DNA of 64,000 bases from Raillietiella orientalis (lineage: Eukaryota): the NCBI GenBank assembly GCA_036172245.1, contig JAYWIR010000002.1:5022001-5086000 (forward strand), given 5' to 3'. Position numbers and translations under genes: made by a program. Below the pieces are notes generated by a model. That model had not been told where the DNA came from. It made no database searches and saw only the letters and a list, made by a program, of their open reading frames with translations. Numbering within the stretch: position 1 is the stretch's first letter; each line of letters begins with the position of its first letter. Shown one piece after another: positions 50,101 through 61,040 of this stretch.

Positions 50101-53100
50101 CATTGTCGTCATTTATTTGCAGCACATTCCCGTGACAGCAGCCTATTTATACGATTCTGTGTTTCTGTATGCTAGCGCCGTGATGCAGTTACTGTCGGAA
50201 AACTCGGATCTCCTGGTTCAGGACATCATTAGGAATGGGTCAGCCATAATTCAGAAAATCATCAGGATGCAACATTACAGAAGTGAGATCGTCCCTTCTC
50301 TTTTTTTTTTTTTTTTTTTTGAAAGGAAAACAAAAAAAAAAAAAGGAAAGAAAATTTTTGATTCGGAAACGGGTTCTTCGCGGACCGTCTCCTCTGTTTT
50401 CACGACCTTGCTCGAGCGAGCTCTTCCTCGTTGCTTTGGCCAGCAAAGAACAGCCGTCTTCGCGCCTCCTCTCTGTTCTTCCACGAAACATTTGTTCTTC
50501 TCCGTTTTTTTTTTTTGTAAGAACAGAACAAAACAAAAAACTCTCGCAAGCGTTCACGCGTGTGCTGAGTTGGAAAAAAAGCAGCAGTCTTCGTCTCGAG
50601 TGTGATGACAGAAGGACCACAGAACCGGAAAACGGATGCCCGCGTTCGTCCTTCTCAATCCGTAGGCAGGAACACCCACCCCTGGCTTCCCCAAATCCTC
50701 TACTGTTTCGGGAGAACTCGTCGAAAGGTGGTTCTTTCGGCCACGTGGGGAGGAACGTTTCTTCAGTACCCTCCCTCCCCGCGAACTCCTCCCCTTCTTC
50801 GACGGTTGCCCTCCGCCAGCGTCTCCGATTTCTGCAGCGATTCGGCACGCGAGCATCCCAGCTTCCGAGTCCGGAGCCAAGTACTTGCACTTTTCTTTCA
50901 AGCATATAGTTTTTTTTTTTGGGGGGGGGGAGGGAGGGGGGAAGGACGACAGTCAAAGCAGCAGCCATCTGGAGCCCGGGTCTGGAACGGGAAGGCAAGT
51001 GTCTTGTGATTTCCTGCTTGTTTAGCTCCTAATCTTTGCGTGACGAGAAGCTGCCAGCGGAAAGACCAACTCCATGTCTGCGATCCACAGAAGTCTTGTG
51101 AACAGAACAGATACTATCTTCCCATTGTTCCCTCCTGTGTTCGTAGTCTGCTGTGGCGTCGCCACAATCGAAGTTCTGGACCAGCTTCCGCTACTCCCAT
51201 CTTCCGTTCCGAAACATTAAGGATTCTTTCACATCCCAAGCATTTTTTTTTTTTTTTTACACCCTTCTTCAGTATTTAACGCTCACTCCGTGATGCATCT
51301 TTCATCGCAGAAACGTATTCCTGGAGCGCATTATTATGCAGATCTTATCTGGAGCAAATGCATTCCTTTACCAGACAGAGTGAAGCTATCGTGGGATGGT
51401 GCTCAACCGAAGGGAGGCTCAACAGCGGCTGGAATACGTCAGTTGCCACCATCCGAAGCCTCCGATGGAATGGTCTCCTAACAAAAAGAAAAAAAGGAAA
51501 ACTTAGGAAGAAACCGATTATGGAGAAGTTTGAGGACGAGCAAGGAGTTGCTACAGATGTCAATTAGGATAACGTCCCGTGTGGTTCCGTCACCTTGTTA
51601 AACGGAACAAAGTAAAACTTCAGGGCAGCACTTTTAACGACGCAGAAATAGCTTGGGAAAAAAGAAGAAGAAAAAATATCTAAAAGGCAAAAAAAATAGA
51701 TGGGGGGCTCGTTGGCGCTTCTGGAACTTAGCTCCCTTTGGAGAAGAACTGAAACTTTCTGGATTCATAGGGCCGTCCCTAGCTGGAAGAGTTACTCGCA
51801 CCCTCGAATGGCGTGGAGCAGTGCCAGAGAGTTTCGTGCCCTTCCCCCCTCCTCCTCCCCCAAGGAGGCGGACTGTTCGCCAAGTGCTCTTGGCGAACCA
51901 AAAAAATGAACACCTGAAGAAGACTTGTGGCTCGGTAGCACTCGTGGCTCCCTATCGATTCAGTCCTGAAGCAATGATGTCCGGAAATGAGTGGAAGTTT
52001 CTGAATTTGTGGATCACTTGGCCCCGTGTGCGTGCGGGAGCTGCTGCTGCTCGCTAACTGCACCATCCTAGCAGATCAACGTCACCATCGCAGAGATGAG
52101 AATTCATTTCGTCGAACTCCTTCCCTTGGAACACCAGATCGAGCTATTTTATAGCTGACGAAATAATCAAGAGAAGAGGAGGGGTCGGTTTGGTAACATG
52201 GAATTGTGGGATACATGTCAGTCGCTTTGCAGAAGTCGCGCTTCCTGAGCGCCTCTTGAGGACTGCCACGAGCCCTCAGACTCTGACGAGAAACGCGCTT
52301 GAGAAGAACTTATGATGGGACCGCCGAAAGGAGAAAGAGAGACTGGAACTGCAACTGGCATGCGGAAGCTCTCTGTTGGAAATCTGAAAAAAAGAATAAT
52401 GCAGATAATGACGGATGATGGAGACGGAAAGACGGAAGACGTTTCTTCGAAACGAGCAAGTGATTGAAAGGGAGAAAAAAAACAGAAACAACAAAAAAAT
52501 CCTGCGGCAAAATCAAGAGACGTCAATCAGTAGTAGCGAGGCGGAAGCTCATCTATACTGACATGACAAAGCACGGGATTCACGACCATCTAGATTCCAC
52601 TCAAGTGGCCTTAGGGTGTCCTCTTAAGCAGCTCGAAGAGTTTGTTCCAGGCGAACGAAGCAGTCGACTTTGTAAGTGAACAGGGAAGCCTCCGGTTTTA
52701 CCCTTTTCGAACCACAGGGACCCTCTTGAAACGTTACACGTGTCACCACCGTCCACGAGCCCGCGTGACTTTCCGCCCGAAAAGCTCGAGGGGATGTAGG
52801 AAGAAATTTCGTTCCGAATAACAAACTGGCAACCATCTGCGTGTCTCGTTCAAGAGACAACGTATGCGCTGTAATTCCTTGCATCTTGGATTGATGCTTC
52901 CGACTCGAAGTTATCATCTAAAGACGATAAGAGGAAGAAAAACATCCGCTCCGATGCCAGCTGAGGCACGTCGAGCACGTGTTACGAATTCAGCGAGGCA
53001 TCGATGAAAACGTGTCGTGTACCTGAAACAAATTGAGCAGACGAATCTGCCTTCAACCAGGGCACTCCAATAAATTCGGTTGACACATTACAATCGTCAA

Positions 53101-56100
53101 AAGTATGGTGAAGCGATCTTTTTATTTCCACTCTGTGTCGAGGCTGGCTGTCTCCGTGTCTCTCCGGTTTCAAGTCATTTCAGCGCAGTCGGCAGATATC
53201 GGAAAGCAGACGTTTTGGTCCTACTCTGAAAAGTGAATCTCCACGGCAACAAGGAAAGCATCCTCCGATTCGCATTTCTTCGGGGGTGCAGATTATGAAT
53301 ACTTGATCAAGTTCGCAAATGGTGCACTAAACGAACGCTGGCAGCGATCGCTAAACATGGCAGAACCATCGTTCTTCGAGAACTAGACGTGAAATCGCTT
53401 TGGATCTTGAGACTTTTCGAAACCGATCATGGTCCATCGTGATTTTGCACGTTTCTCGGGATGCTTACTACGGAAGCCTCGCAGAAATCTCGGCTATCTC
53501 TCGGACCAAGATCCGTCCCTGTATTCGATGCCTTCCGGTAGGTGGAGACAATTCGCTTGCCTGAGAGGAAGAGCTACGTGCAACTCGCGTGCAATTTAAA
53601 GCCGTCCTTAAAGTACCAACCGCCGTAATACGCAAGGGCATGCTAATTCTCCATGCACGATGCACTATTTTTCTCTCCTGGATAGGGACCGAACAACTTA
53701 GAGTTGACCACATGTTCGGGATTATCATTCTAATAGCGACTGCTGGCGAATGTGGGATGTGCAAGAAAGTTGGTGCAGTGTTACGTCTATCATCCAGAAT
53801 GACGGATCCATCGAAAAACGTCATTTGTTCAACAGATTATTGGAGGTTTAATCCTTCCGGTTGTTTTCCCTCCTCAGCTTCGTGTGAGTACCAAAGCAGG
53901 GAAATACTCAAGCAACGCAGGTCAGCAGTTTCTGCAGCAGGCAGGGTTCCGATGACCGCACGGCATCGTCATTTGCTTTGACCCCGTCATCTAGGCACGC
54001 CGTTTGATATGATTGCCAGCTGATTTGTCATTGCTATTTTCGGGACGATTGGACAGTGGTGCGGCAAAATTCGCACTCCTTCAACAAACATTGAGTGTTG
54101 GAAGGCACCTCTCCCCCGCTCTGATGGGAACGTTCTCGGGTGTGGCCATGGAAACTTTTGGCACCCTGCGATTCCGTTTCGACCCTTTCGTTTGCTGATG
54201 AATTCCATATTTCTTCTGCTTCGCGTTCACATCACCCTGCTCAGAGATGTTTAACGTAGCAGTGGATTTCATCTGCCGCGCAGATTCAAAGAACAACACT
54301 CTTTGGGGTATCGTGTTCTTCCACCTGCCTCCGTATACACAACATAATTACTATGCTCTTTCATGTACAGTGAATACGCTTGGAGTCTGGGAAAAGAATT
54401 GCAGCACGTTTTCCGAAGTGCCCTTTCCGTTGTACAGTGATCGGTGGTTCGAATCAAGCGAGAACGAGAGCTTAGGAGAATGCCCAAGAAGCGCGCTGAG
54501 GATTCGGTCTCCGAATTCGGTCCTTCCGCGATCGCGAGCGGAGCTGAAGTTCGATCTGTGTGATGTGATGACGCAACCACTGACAATCCAATGAGAGCTC
54601 TTAATCTCTCATCGGCTCGGTTGTCAAGGGAGAGTAGCTAACGAATCCTTTGATCATGAAAACAAATGAGGCTTTGACTAATTACACGTATTGTGTGATC
54701 CGCGACTGAAGGTTTTTCCACCCACACCTAAAGGATACATGGAAACGCAGAAGTTTGCCAGCGTGTTTGCGACTCGGATGTACCAGGAAGATGTCGATGG
54801 ATAAAGCATGCTCTGGAGACTGCGTGGGTCTTTAGCCTGGCTGCGTAGAACGCATCCAAAGGCTGGATCATTCGAGGAATCTTCTGCAAAAGAACCCACG
54901 CTTTCAAGGTGTCTTCTTTGCTCAAAGATGCTCTCTGGATTAAATGGAACTGTGGCGCGCGCGTACGTAGGTGGAACATTTGCGTTCCACGGAGAACAAA
55001 TAGAAGCAAAAGATAAACAGCAGTGGCACGCTCGACGCCGTGACAGCTGGTTGAATTAACTTACAATCCGTTCCCTCTTTTGGATGCACAGTCGTTTTTG
55101 TGTGATTTTTCGAGGCAGCCACTGGTAATCTGTGCGGTGAAGAACGTATTGCTGCCTGGTTTGTCGTTGAACCCCGCCAGCAAAATTCAAACCTTCTCCA
55201 TGCTTTCTGGTTGTTTCCTCGTCTCGCATTACGCAGAGAATGGGTGCGAAGTGGGCGACGTCCGAAACTTTGAATCGTGCGGAGGTAGGGTCACGTCCCT
55301 GAGGACCATTCCTCGTTCGTGCTTTCCGACTGGGAGAAAAAAAGATGCTGCATGTTGTTCCATCTTGCAAACAGTTCTAGGAACCAGTCTTGTACGCTTG
55401 AATATTCCAGGCGTCATAGGAACCATGGTAGCCATCGATCAGAATGGAGATTCCGAAGGCAACTTTACCGTATTGGCCCTGAAAAAATTCAATTATGTGG
55501 GACCTCGGAAAAGAATTAGGTGTCCCTACTACATGATACCAGTGGGCCAGTTCCAGCATCATCATAAGCGGACCAATGATTCTCTTCCGGTTAGTGTTTT
55601 CCATTTCCTTCTGTACAAATGTTGTTGCTCCTGAAACGAGATTGCGTAATTCGTAAATTTGCAAAGAATCGTACTTCGAATCTTGAGGGAACGCGCAGTG
55701 ACCCCTGTCTCCACCCGCGACTGCTACCATGCAACAGATCTTAATCATTCTTGCGCACAGCGTTTCCGTATTTTCTCCACAATCCCTCCAATTTACTCAG
55801 AGGAATCCCCTTCCAGTTTCTAATGTTCGGTGACGATGGTGCATAGTGGTCGATGAGGGGTCCCACAAAAGTCGAGCCTGAGGATGGGGAGCTAAAGGAG
55901 CAGACAGATTGCTGGGATGACACTCGTGTCGGCCGACCTGCGCGGGATGCCACGGAGTGCATCCTCCGCGTGTTATTTAGTGACCACAGCTATTTCAGGT
56001 CAGTGGGTGATGGCGGTCACCCCATCAGGAAAGGAATCCTAGCTATATTTATCATGATTCTGTGATCAAAAGAGAGCGTGAATTCTAAGAAATGCTTGTC

Positions 56101-59100
56101 CCTCACCCTTCTCAACCCGATTCGCATCATTCCCTAACACAGAGTAGTCGACATGAGTTGGTCACGCTGGTTTCAGAACAGCGACGGTTTGGACCCCCCC
56201 TATCCCCTCTCCCCCTCCACGATGAAACCTGTGCTCGCTCTGAGAAATCAGCAAAATGGCTCTCCACCGAAACTCTTGATCTGCAAAACGGCAGATGAAA
56301 ACAAACATGCGCACCGGCTACTCGTTTCCCTCGCCATCTTCATCCATCACTTGGGGTCTCGAAACTGGTTAAGGGTTTGCAAGTCTTGCACTCGGGCAAA
56401 GTACGTGGGGAACGGTCGCTGCTCTTCTCATTATCTGCTCCTTGCAATCGGGACTTTGGCATCAAGAGACGACGAGAAGCCACGGCAGGAGCAGGAGTTC
56501 GCGTTCCCACGAGAGAAGGACGCCTCACCCAGCCTCTTTGCATCTTTCCCGCCAGACGCGAGCGCAGACCGCATGATGGGAGAGAGAACACGTTCACATC
56601 TCTCGATTTTCAGTCGATCCCATCGTGAGGAGGCCACTCTCTCGTCATATTCTGGGGTATCTGGAGGATCGCGCGATTCCAGCTCTGGATCGACACCGCT
56701 TCCTCCGGCAGCTCGTAGCGAATTTCCGTCTTCCTACAGGAACGCACCTTCTTTCGCTGAGACACGCGCACAAACCGCTGTTTCAGGGTCTTTTTCTTCC
56801 GTCATATCTCCTTTGGAAAGACGACCGACTGACCCGAAGCTGCTGCCAAGTGCTTGCATTTACAGCGGATTCAGGGAGCCCCCCCGCTTGTCCAGAAGGC
56901 AGAGGGGTGGTTGCCTATGGAAGCTTCCGAAGACATAGCGGAAGGAAACTTTCTGTCCTGAGGAGCAGATGAACCCAAATTTCGGACTTGGGAGTTCACC
57001 ACGGAAGCCATCTCATCCCCGCCTTCGCTTAGTTGAGCGGACGGGATCTGGAGTCCCACGGTCAACGCTTGCGCACCGCCGAAACCCACAGGGCGACTTC
57101 CATCCCCGGATCGTTCCCCCTCTTTGCAAGATACATGAGTTTTCCGACATGGATATCTTTCCATGTGGACTCGAGAACTCGCAGCTTTATTGAGGACGTT
57201 GAAATTCAGTACCTGTTTGTGTTGGAACACTTGCAACAGCCATTTCAGAGAAAGAAACCCACAGGGAATGCAATGACACAACAATGACCTTTGCCTCTGC
57301 GGCCGGAAAACATGCCTGCGGGTAGAGATGCCAAGCGGAAGATTGGAATGCTTCTCCACCATCCTTTTAGCTCAGTTCCCGTGCTTTTATTTCTAACGCG
57401 TGCGGGTCCCAGAACTGCTTGGCTGCATCACAACCGTAAACGGGAGAAAAACAAAGGAAAAAGGGAGGGGGGTGGAAGGAGCTGTAGGGGATGAATGCCG
57501 AAGCCGATTACAAAGTTCGGAACCCCCATTTTCCTAATCTCGGCATCTTGATCTCAACTCTTTTCTATGATACATGGGTGGATCATGGTGGATGTCTTTC
57601 CTATCCCCTTCCTTTGAGGTCCCTCCAGATTTGCAGAAATGCCCATATTGGCGGCCGCGTGGCTGAGGTTTTCGCTCTTTCCTGGAGGTTTTTCTGCATC
57701 TGCAAAGCAGACGAGCCAAGAAGGAAGCCGAGAAACGCGGTGTTTGGGCTGGCAAGCGTCTTCACTGGTGCCCAGTCCGAATGTGCATGCGCCAGAGCGA
57801 GCGTCGGACCAGGAACGGATCCTCTTGGGGAACCCATTACGGTGCTCGCGCGTGTGCCGAGGGGGGGGCGTGCAACTCGTAGACCTGAGCGTGCCGGTGC
57901 CGCCACCAAGCGTCGGTAAACTCCAGGAGGATCCTGCAATCCCCTGTTGCCCCCTGTGTAGCTGCGGTCTCCGCGCGCGTAGTACCAAAGCGTCACGGGT
58001 TCGAATGCCACCCGGGGAAGGTCGACGCCGAGAAATGAGGGGTGTGCCCGTGGGTTTTGAGTTCCCCCCGCAGGATGACCACGGGCTTCAAGTGCGGAGG
58101 CACTGGTGGAAACCGGAAACTCCCGGGTGCTCCCACCACTCGACTAGTCTTCGAGATTGGAAGTTGACCGTTCCAGGAATCAAGGAGCGATTCCCTTGGA
58201 AGTGCTCTCCGGAGAAAAAATTTCGGGAGCGGATCCTTTCTGGGTATCCTTTGGAGAAGAAATGAGGAGCACCCTTCTTTGTGGGGATCCCTCCGGAGAG
58301 AATAAGAGGGGAGGTTTGGTTCGGGATTCCCTTCGGAGACAACCAAGGCGAAGGATTCCCTTCGAGGATCCTTCCCAGGCGTGAGGGGAACGGACCCTCT
58401 TCTCCGGAACCCTTCCTGGATCCACAGGGTGGTCCCATCACGCAGGTACCCCCCTCGTGGCAGTGTTAAAGACCCTGGTGAGCCTCCATGCGAACGGTTC
58501 TTGAGTGCTTGACAGATTGCAGACGTCGGAGGACCGCGAGCGCCTTCGGGGCTCTCTCACCCTTGCAACTAACCAGGTTTACATTCCGTCACTGCCGATT
58601 GATTGGCCCACCGGCACCGTCCCGAAGGATGAACCTACCTGCGGGTTCGAGAACGAAAAATGCCCGAGAGCCTTTGATGGCATCCGCCAGTTCGTCGTTT
58701 ACTTCTGCCTGCTCCTCTTCGTCTGCATGCTGGTCGTGGGCTTCATCATGTACAAGAACTGGAAGTACGAAAACGAGATCGAGGGCCTGCAGTGGAAGAT
58801 CGACCCCGCCGACATCGTGGGATTTCCCACGGACAGCCTGAAAAAGTCGGAGAGCAAAGTAAGGGCTCCCTCCTGACGATGGGGTGTGCAATGCGACGCA
58901 GGTCAGTTTGACGACTTCCGTCTCTTGCGAGTCCCGTGTGTTCGGGCAGCCTTTCACCGCCACCGCCTTCTACAAAGGTGCCTTGGTGCGCGTCAAGGAG
59001 ATCAGCATGAGCAAGAACAAGGACGTATCCAGGAACACGAAGAAGGAGATGAGGCTGATGAGGGAAATGCATCACGTGAACATCAACTCTTTCATTGGCG

Positions 59101-59346
59101 CCACGGTTGAACCGATGCGCGTCTGCGTCATTACAGAGTACTGTGCCAAAGGAAGCCTCATGGTAAATACGGGATGAACTGGAATGTCATCTTGGGGGCA
59201 TGTGTGTGTATGTGTGTGTGTTTGTGTGTTTGTGAGAGTGTGTGTTCTTTCTTTTTTTTTTTTTTGTGCTGCAGGATATTCTGGAGAATAGGGACATTAA
59301 ACTGGACAGCACCTTCACGGCATCTCTAGTGCATGACCTAGTGAAG
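29201..59346 (+). CDS. Gyc76C: Receptor-type (membrane) guanylate cyclase, Gyc76C-like; 10 coding exons in window, 3'-incomplete (680 aa)
   Basis: Exons 29201-29587, 42685-42759, 48789-49071, 49129-49275, 49321-49514, 50123-50282, 55411-55589, 58577-58858, 58902-59162 and 59275-59346 have GT donors and AG acceptors at all internal junctions, with consistent phases (2040 nt in total). Motifs match Drosophila Gyc76C as I recall it: ISGA.SLAIDEVN, FGPE..C.VEA, PTFART.PPD.QV.KS, TRIYVFLG, ARSLLVVA, AAYLYDSV.LYA, ID.NGDSEGNF, DEP.CGF, EIEGL.WKIDP, NINSFIGA.VEP, YCAKGSL.DI.EN.DIKLD. Confidence 0.93.
29700..29945 (-). mobile_element. Retroelement ORF1/Gag zinc-knuckle remnant, copy B
   Basis: SFACKS.AAG/HVSLN; homologous to copy A. 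Confidence 0.45.
30050..30570 (-). mobile_element. Decayed LINE endonuclease remnant
   Basis: WNQNIGG, DDLQETEH...PGYPVF, LLLVKGANA (cf. GDFNA), in order. Confidence 0.5.
32135..32162. repeat. (GA)14 microsatellite
   Basis: Direct reading. Confidence 0.95.
32290..32480 (+). mobile_element. Possible LINE ORF1 multi-knuckle remnant (I/Jockey-like)
   Basis: YRTRRLRRSRWRSL (cf. Y.P.PLRC.RCQ), RDC...MC, CCWCGG...STC. Confidence 0.35.
33775..34330 (+). repeat. Dispersed repeat-array element, copy 2
   Basis: Colinear with 57965-58450 (e.g. CCCTCCGGAGAGAAT, CCCTTCGGAGACAACCA, GCGTGAG.GGAACGGAC); internal ~40-42 nt units. Confidence 0.85.
35800..38150 (-). mobile_element. Decayed L1/Tx1-like ORF2 remnant in intron 1
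   Basis: WGDL (~37825), SWNLNALL (~37625; cf. post-EN WKLN.SLL), FLSLDL...YHFL (~36250), FQGCPTSTFL (~36035; cf. QGCPLSP.LF). Confidence 0.5.
42685..42759 (+). CDS. Gyc76C: Gyc76C-like coding exon 2
   Basis: ttttcag|KCADSTVSDKKKFPTFARTFPPDNQ|gtaaat; 75 nt, phase 0/0; PTFART.PPD is typical of receptor GCs. Confidence 0.95.
43400..48600 (-). mobile_element. Decayed near-full-length L1/Tx1-like LINE, antisense in Gyc76C intron 2
   Basis: Degenerate motifs in the correct order on the minus strand. ORF1: broken CCHC knuckle (KCH*..GDAG..KRDC, ~48200) and acidic coiled coil (47780-48120). EN start: IKISSRNVNG..NQEKRARI...DIVCL*GTH (47470-47590). RT: RQVGCV..RSALDN (~45850), AILAVS...ISRIRWRF (~45660), KLFADR (~45030), FRYPRG, and GNTCKHVLSS...IQFL (~44500-44680). 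C-terminal Cys/His remnant ~43600. Many stops and frameshifts. Confidence 0.75.
48789..49071 (+). CDS. Gyc76C: Gyc76C-like coding exon 3
   Basis: cccag|VTKSVIALLKYHGWNQFTII...CC...CC...VEETYSQTR a|gtagga (phase 1). Confidence 0.93.
49129..49275 (+). CDS. Gyc76C: Gyc76C-like coding exon 4
   Basis: ttgcag|ta restores the conserved TRIYVFLG; ends ...WRYLW t|gtacgt. Confidence 0.9.
49321..49514 (+). CDS. Gyc76C: Gyc76C-like coding exon 5
   Basis: cctccag|(S)QDAFQ...ARSLLVVAPSPP...YNSKSPF...ELKK|gtgagc. Confidence 0.9.
50123..50282 (+). CDS. Gyc76C: Gyc76C-like coding exon 6
   Basis: tttgcag|HIPVTAAYLYDSVFLYA...RNGSAII...HYR a|gtgaga. Confidence 0.93.
53480..53800 (-). mobile_element. Possible non-LTR RT remnant
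   Basis: IIPNMWS...VPIQE...WRISMPL (cf. IP..WK...PI.K...YRPISL). Confidence 0.35.
55411..55589 (+). CDS. Gyc76C: Gyc76C-like coding exon 7
   Basis: ttccag|(S)VIGTMVAIDQNGDSEGNFTVLAL...CPYYMIPVGQF...SLP|gttagt. Confidence 0.93.
56350..57170 (+). mobile_element. Decayed non-LTR RT remnant
   Basis: YLEDRAIPALDRHRFLRQL (cf. LD..KAFD..D...L..L), SGVPRSTL (cf. SGVPQGS.L), EFSDMD (cf. FADD), in order. Confidence 0.45.
57700..57990 (+). mobile_element. Possible ORF1 zinc-knuckle remnant directly upstream of the repeat-array element
   Basis: RCLGWQA..HWC and PCCPLCSCG.RARS. Confidence 0.3.
57965..58450 (+). repeat. Dispersed repeat-array element, copy 3
   Basis: As above; ends ~130 bp upstream of exon 8. 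Confidence 0.85.
58577..58858 (+). CDS. Gyc76C: Gyc76C-like coding exon 8 (juxtamembrane Cys pair and transmembrane helix)
   Basis: ctaaccag|VYIPSLPIDWP...DEPTCGFENEKC...FVVYFCLLLFVCMLVVGFIMY KNWKYENEIEGLQWKID...SK|gtaagg. Confidence 0.94.
58902..59162 (+). CDS. Gyc76C: Gyc76C-like coding exon 9 (kinase-homology domain N-lobe)
   Basis: cgcag|VSL...YKGALVRVKE...KEMRLMREMHHVNINSFIGATVEP...TEYCAKGSLM|gtaaat. Confidence 0.95.
59275..59346 (+). CDS. Gyc76C: Gyc76C-like coding exon 10
   Basis: poly-T...gcag|DILENRDIKLDSTFTASLVHDLVK|gtaaac. The expected next exon (HGNLKSSNC-type motif) was not found before 64000. Confidence 0.94.
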
Positions 59347-59589
59347 GTAAACTTTCTGTTTCCTATGACCATTGACAGTGTTTTTGTTTTTTCATTCTGC
59401 GCTTCATGTGCTCCTCCCTTGCTCTTTGTGTTTCGAGCACGGACGATTCGTACTTTATCGAAATTCGATTACTTTCCTCGTATTATTTCTTCTGTTTTTT
59501 TTTTTACGTCGATTCACAATGAATTCCATTTCCGGATCCGCATCCTCGAAAGATGCAACGTAAGACTTCGTGCTGCATCTTTCGATGTC

Positions 59590-59667
59590 CTTGCGGACTC
59601 CCTAATCCCAGTTATCAGAAAGTACTTGCGGACTCCTTAATCCCAGTTATTAGAAAGTACTTGCGGA
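59590..59667. repeat. 35-bp tandem duplication (2.2 units)
   Basis: CTTGCGGACTCC(C/T)TAATCCCAGTTAT(C/T)AGAAAGTA x2, then CTTGCGGA. Confidence 0.95.
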
Positions 59668-60719
59668 AGAAGCTCTTGACGCACGCCTCCATGGGAGGGG
59701 ACTTCGTGACCACCACAGCCCAGACTCTGAAATGCTCCTTGGAAAAGCAGGGGCCTTTCGAGAAACGAGCCCTCAACTTTGAGAGAATCCCAGAGACAAC
59801 TCTGGGATTAGAATGCGAGTTTCAGAACGAGGAGGGGTGGGGTGGGGTAAGATCAGGTGCAAGGCTGTGGTGGTGGTTCGATGGAGAATTCTGGATAGAG
59901 CCTTCTCACTGCCTGTAGCCGTCGAGTTGCCGTGGCACCTGCAAGAAGCGAAATCCGTCAGAAGGAAGGCGAAAAGAAGCGCAGGTTCCCCGGATTTCCA
60001 GCAGCTCATTTTTGACCTCTTCCTTCGCAGGAAAGTTCCGTCGCTCTTTCTCCTGGGTCTTGGGAATTTCGACTTCGTTCCTGAAGATAGGAACCTCTGC
60101 TGGCTTCCATGTTGCTTTCCTCAGAGTGTGCCAGATCCCATGCTTTCTTTCCTCTCGTAAGAACAGTCTGCTCTTTTCTGTGGCTCAAAAGTCAGTCCGC
60201 CACCCTTCTCTCTGCATCTTCAACCTCCAAGAAACTTGGGTGTTCTAGCCTACTCTTTGCTTCCTCTTTTCGCATCTCAAAGGAAGGTAGAAGTTGCCAT
60301 CTTCTTCAATGGCTTTCGCGCTAGCGCTCTATCAGTAAATTCCGTAGTCTTCGCACTTGTATGGCGTGGTGCTCGAGACAAGTTTCTTGTACTATGAAGT
60401 CCCGTCGTGATGCATTTAATGAATTTCATCCGGAACTCCTGGGGTGTGCCCTCCCACATGAGACGTCCGGCGAGAAAAAATTTGCCTCAAAAGTCCAGGT
60501 GAACCGATTTCGGGAATGGTCTCAAGGATGTTCCTAGAATCGGTCGAGTAATCCAACTCCTCAGATTATGAATCGGCAACCCCGTATCAAATTAATGGGA
60601 TCAATTCATGCGATCTCGTTCTTCTTCTCGCAACCTATGAGTGTCCAGGAACAGCATCATTGTACATTCACTTGTTGTATAGTGGGCTCCGTCGCGAAGT
60701 CCCGAAGGCGTTTGATGCC

Positions 60720-61040
60720 CGCAAACGACTCAGCTTTGATGTCCTTCGAGAAAAGGAATGATGAATTAACGGGCACGTGATATCCCTTGGCTTCAAGCCG
60801 GTACCAGTTCTTAGATTCATTTCGCGAAGTTCTACCCATATCTTTTATACCTATGTTTCATGACGTCTTCGATGGTCTCTCGCCAACTATACCTCTTCAG
60901 AAAACCTCCACAGGCGAGGGTGCTGGATGTGTGGTCCTGTTCCAGACTGTCGCTCGGCTTTGCCTGGAATGCGGAAATCTGCAGGGTTTCGAGTCAGATT
61001 TTCGCAAGCATTCTTCAGATGGTTTTCGGGCACGGAACGT
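60720..61040 (+). mobile_element. Decayed non-LTR RT remnant
   Basis: SFEKRND, FREVLPISFIPMFHDVFD (cf. YRPISLLP..K.FE), ESDFRKHSS (cf. QSGFR..HS). Confidence 0.45.
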
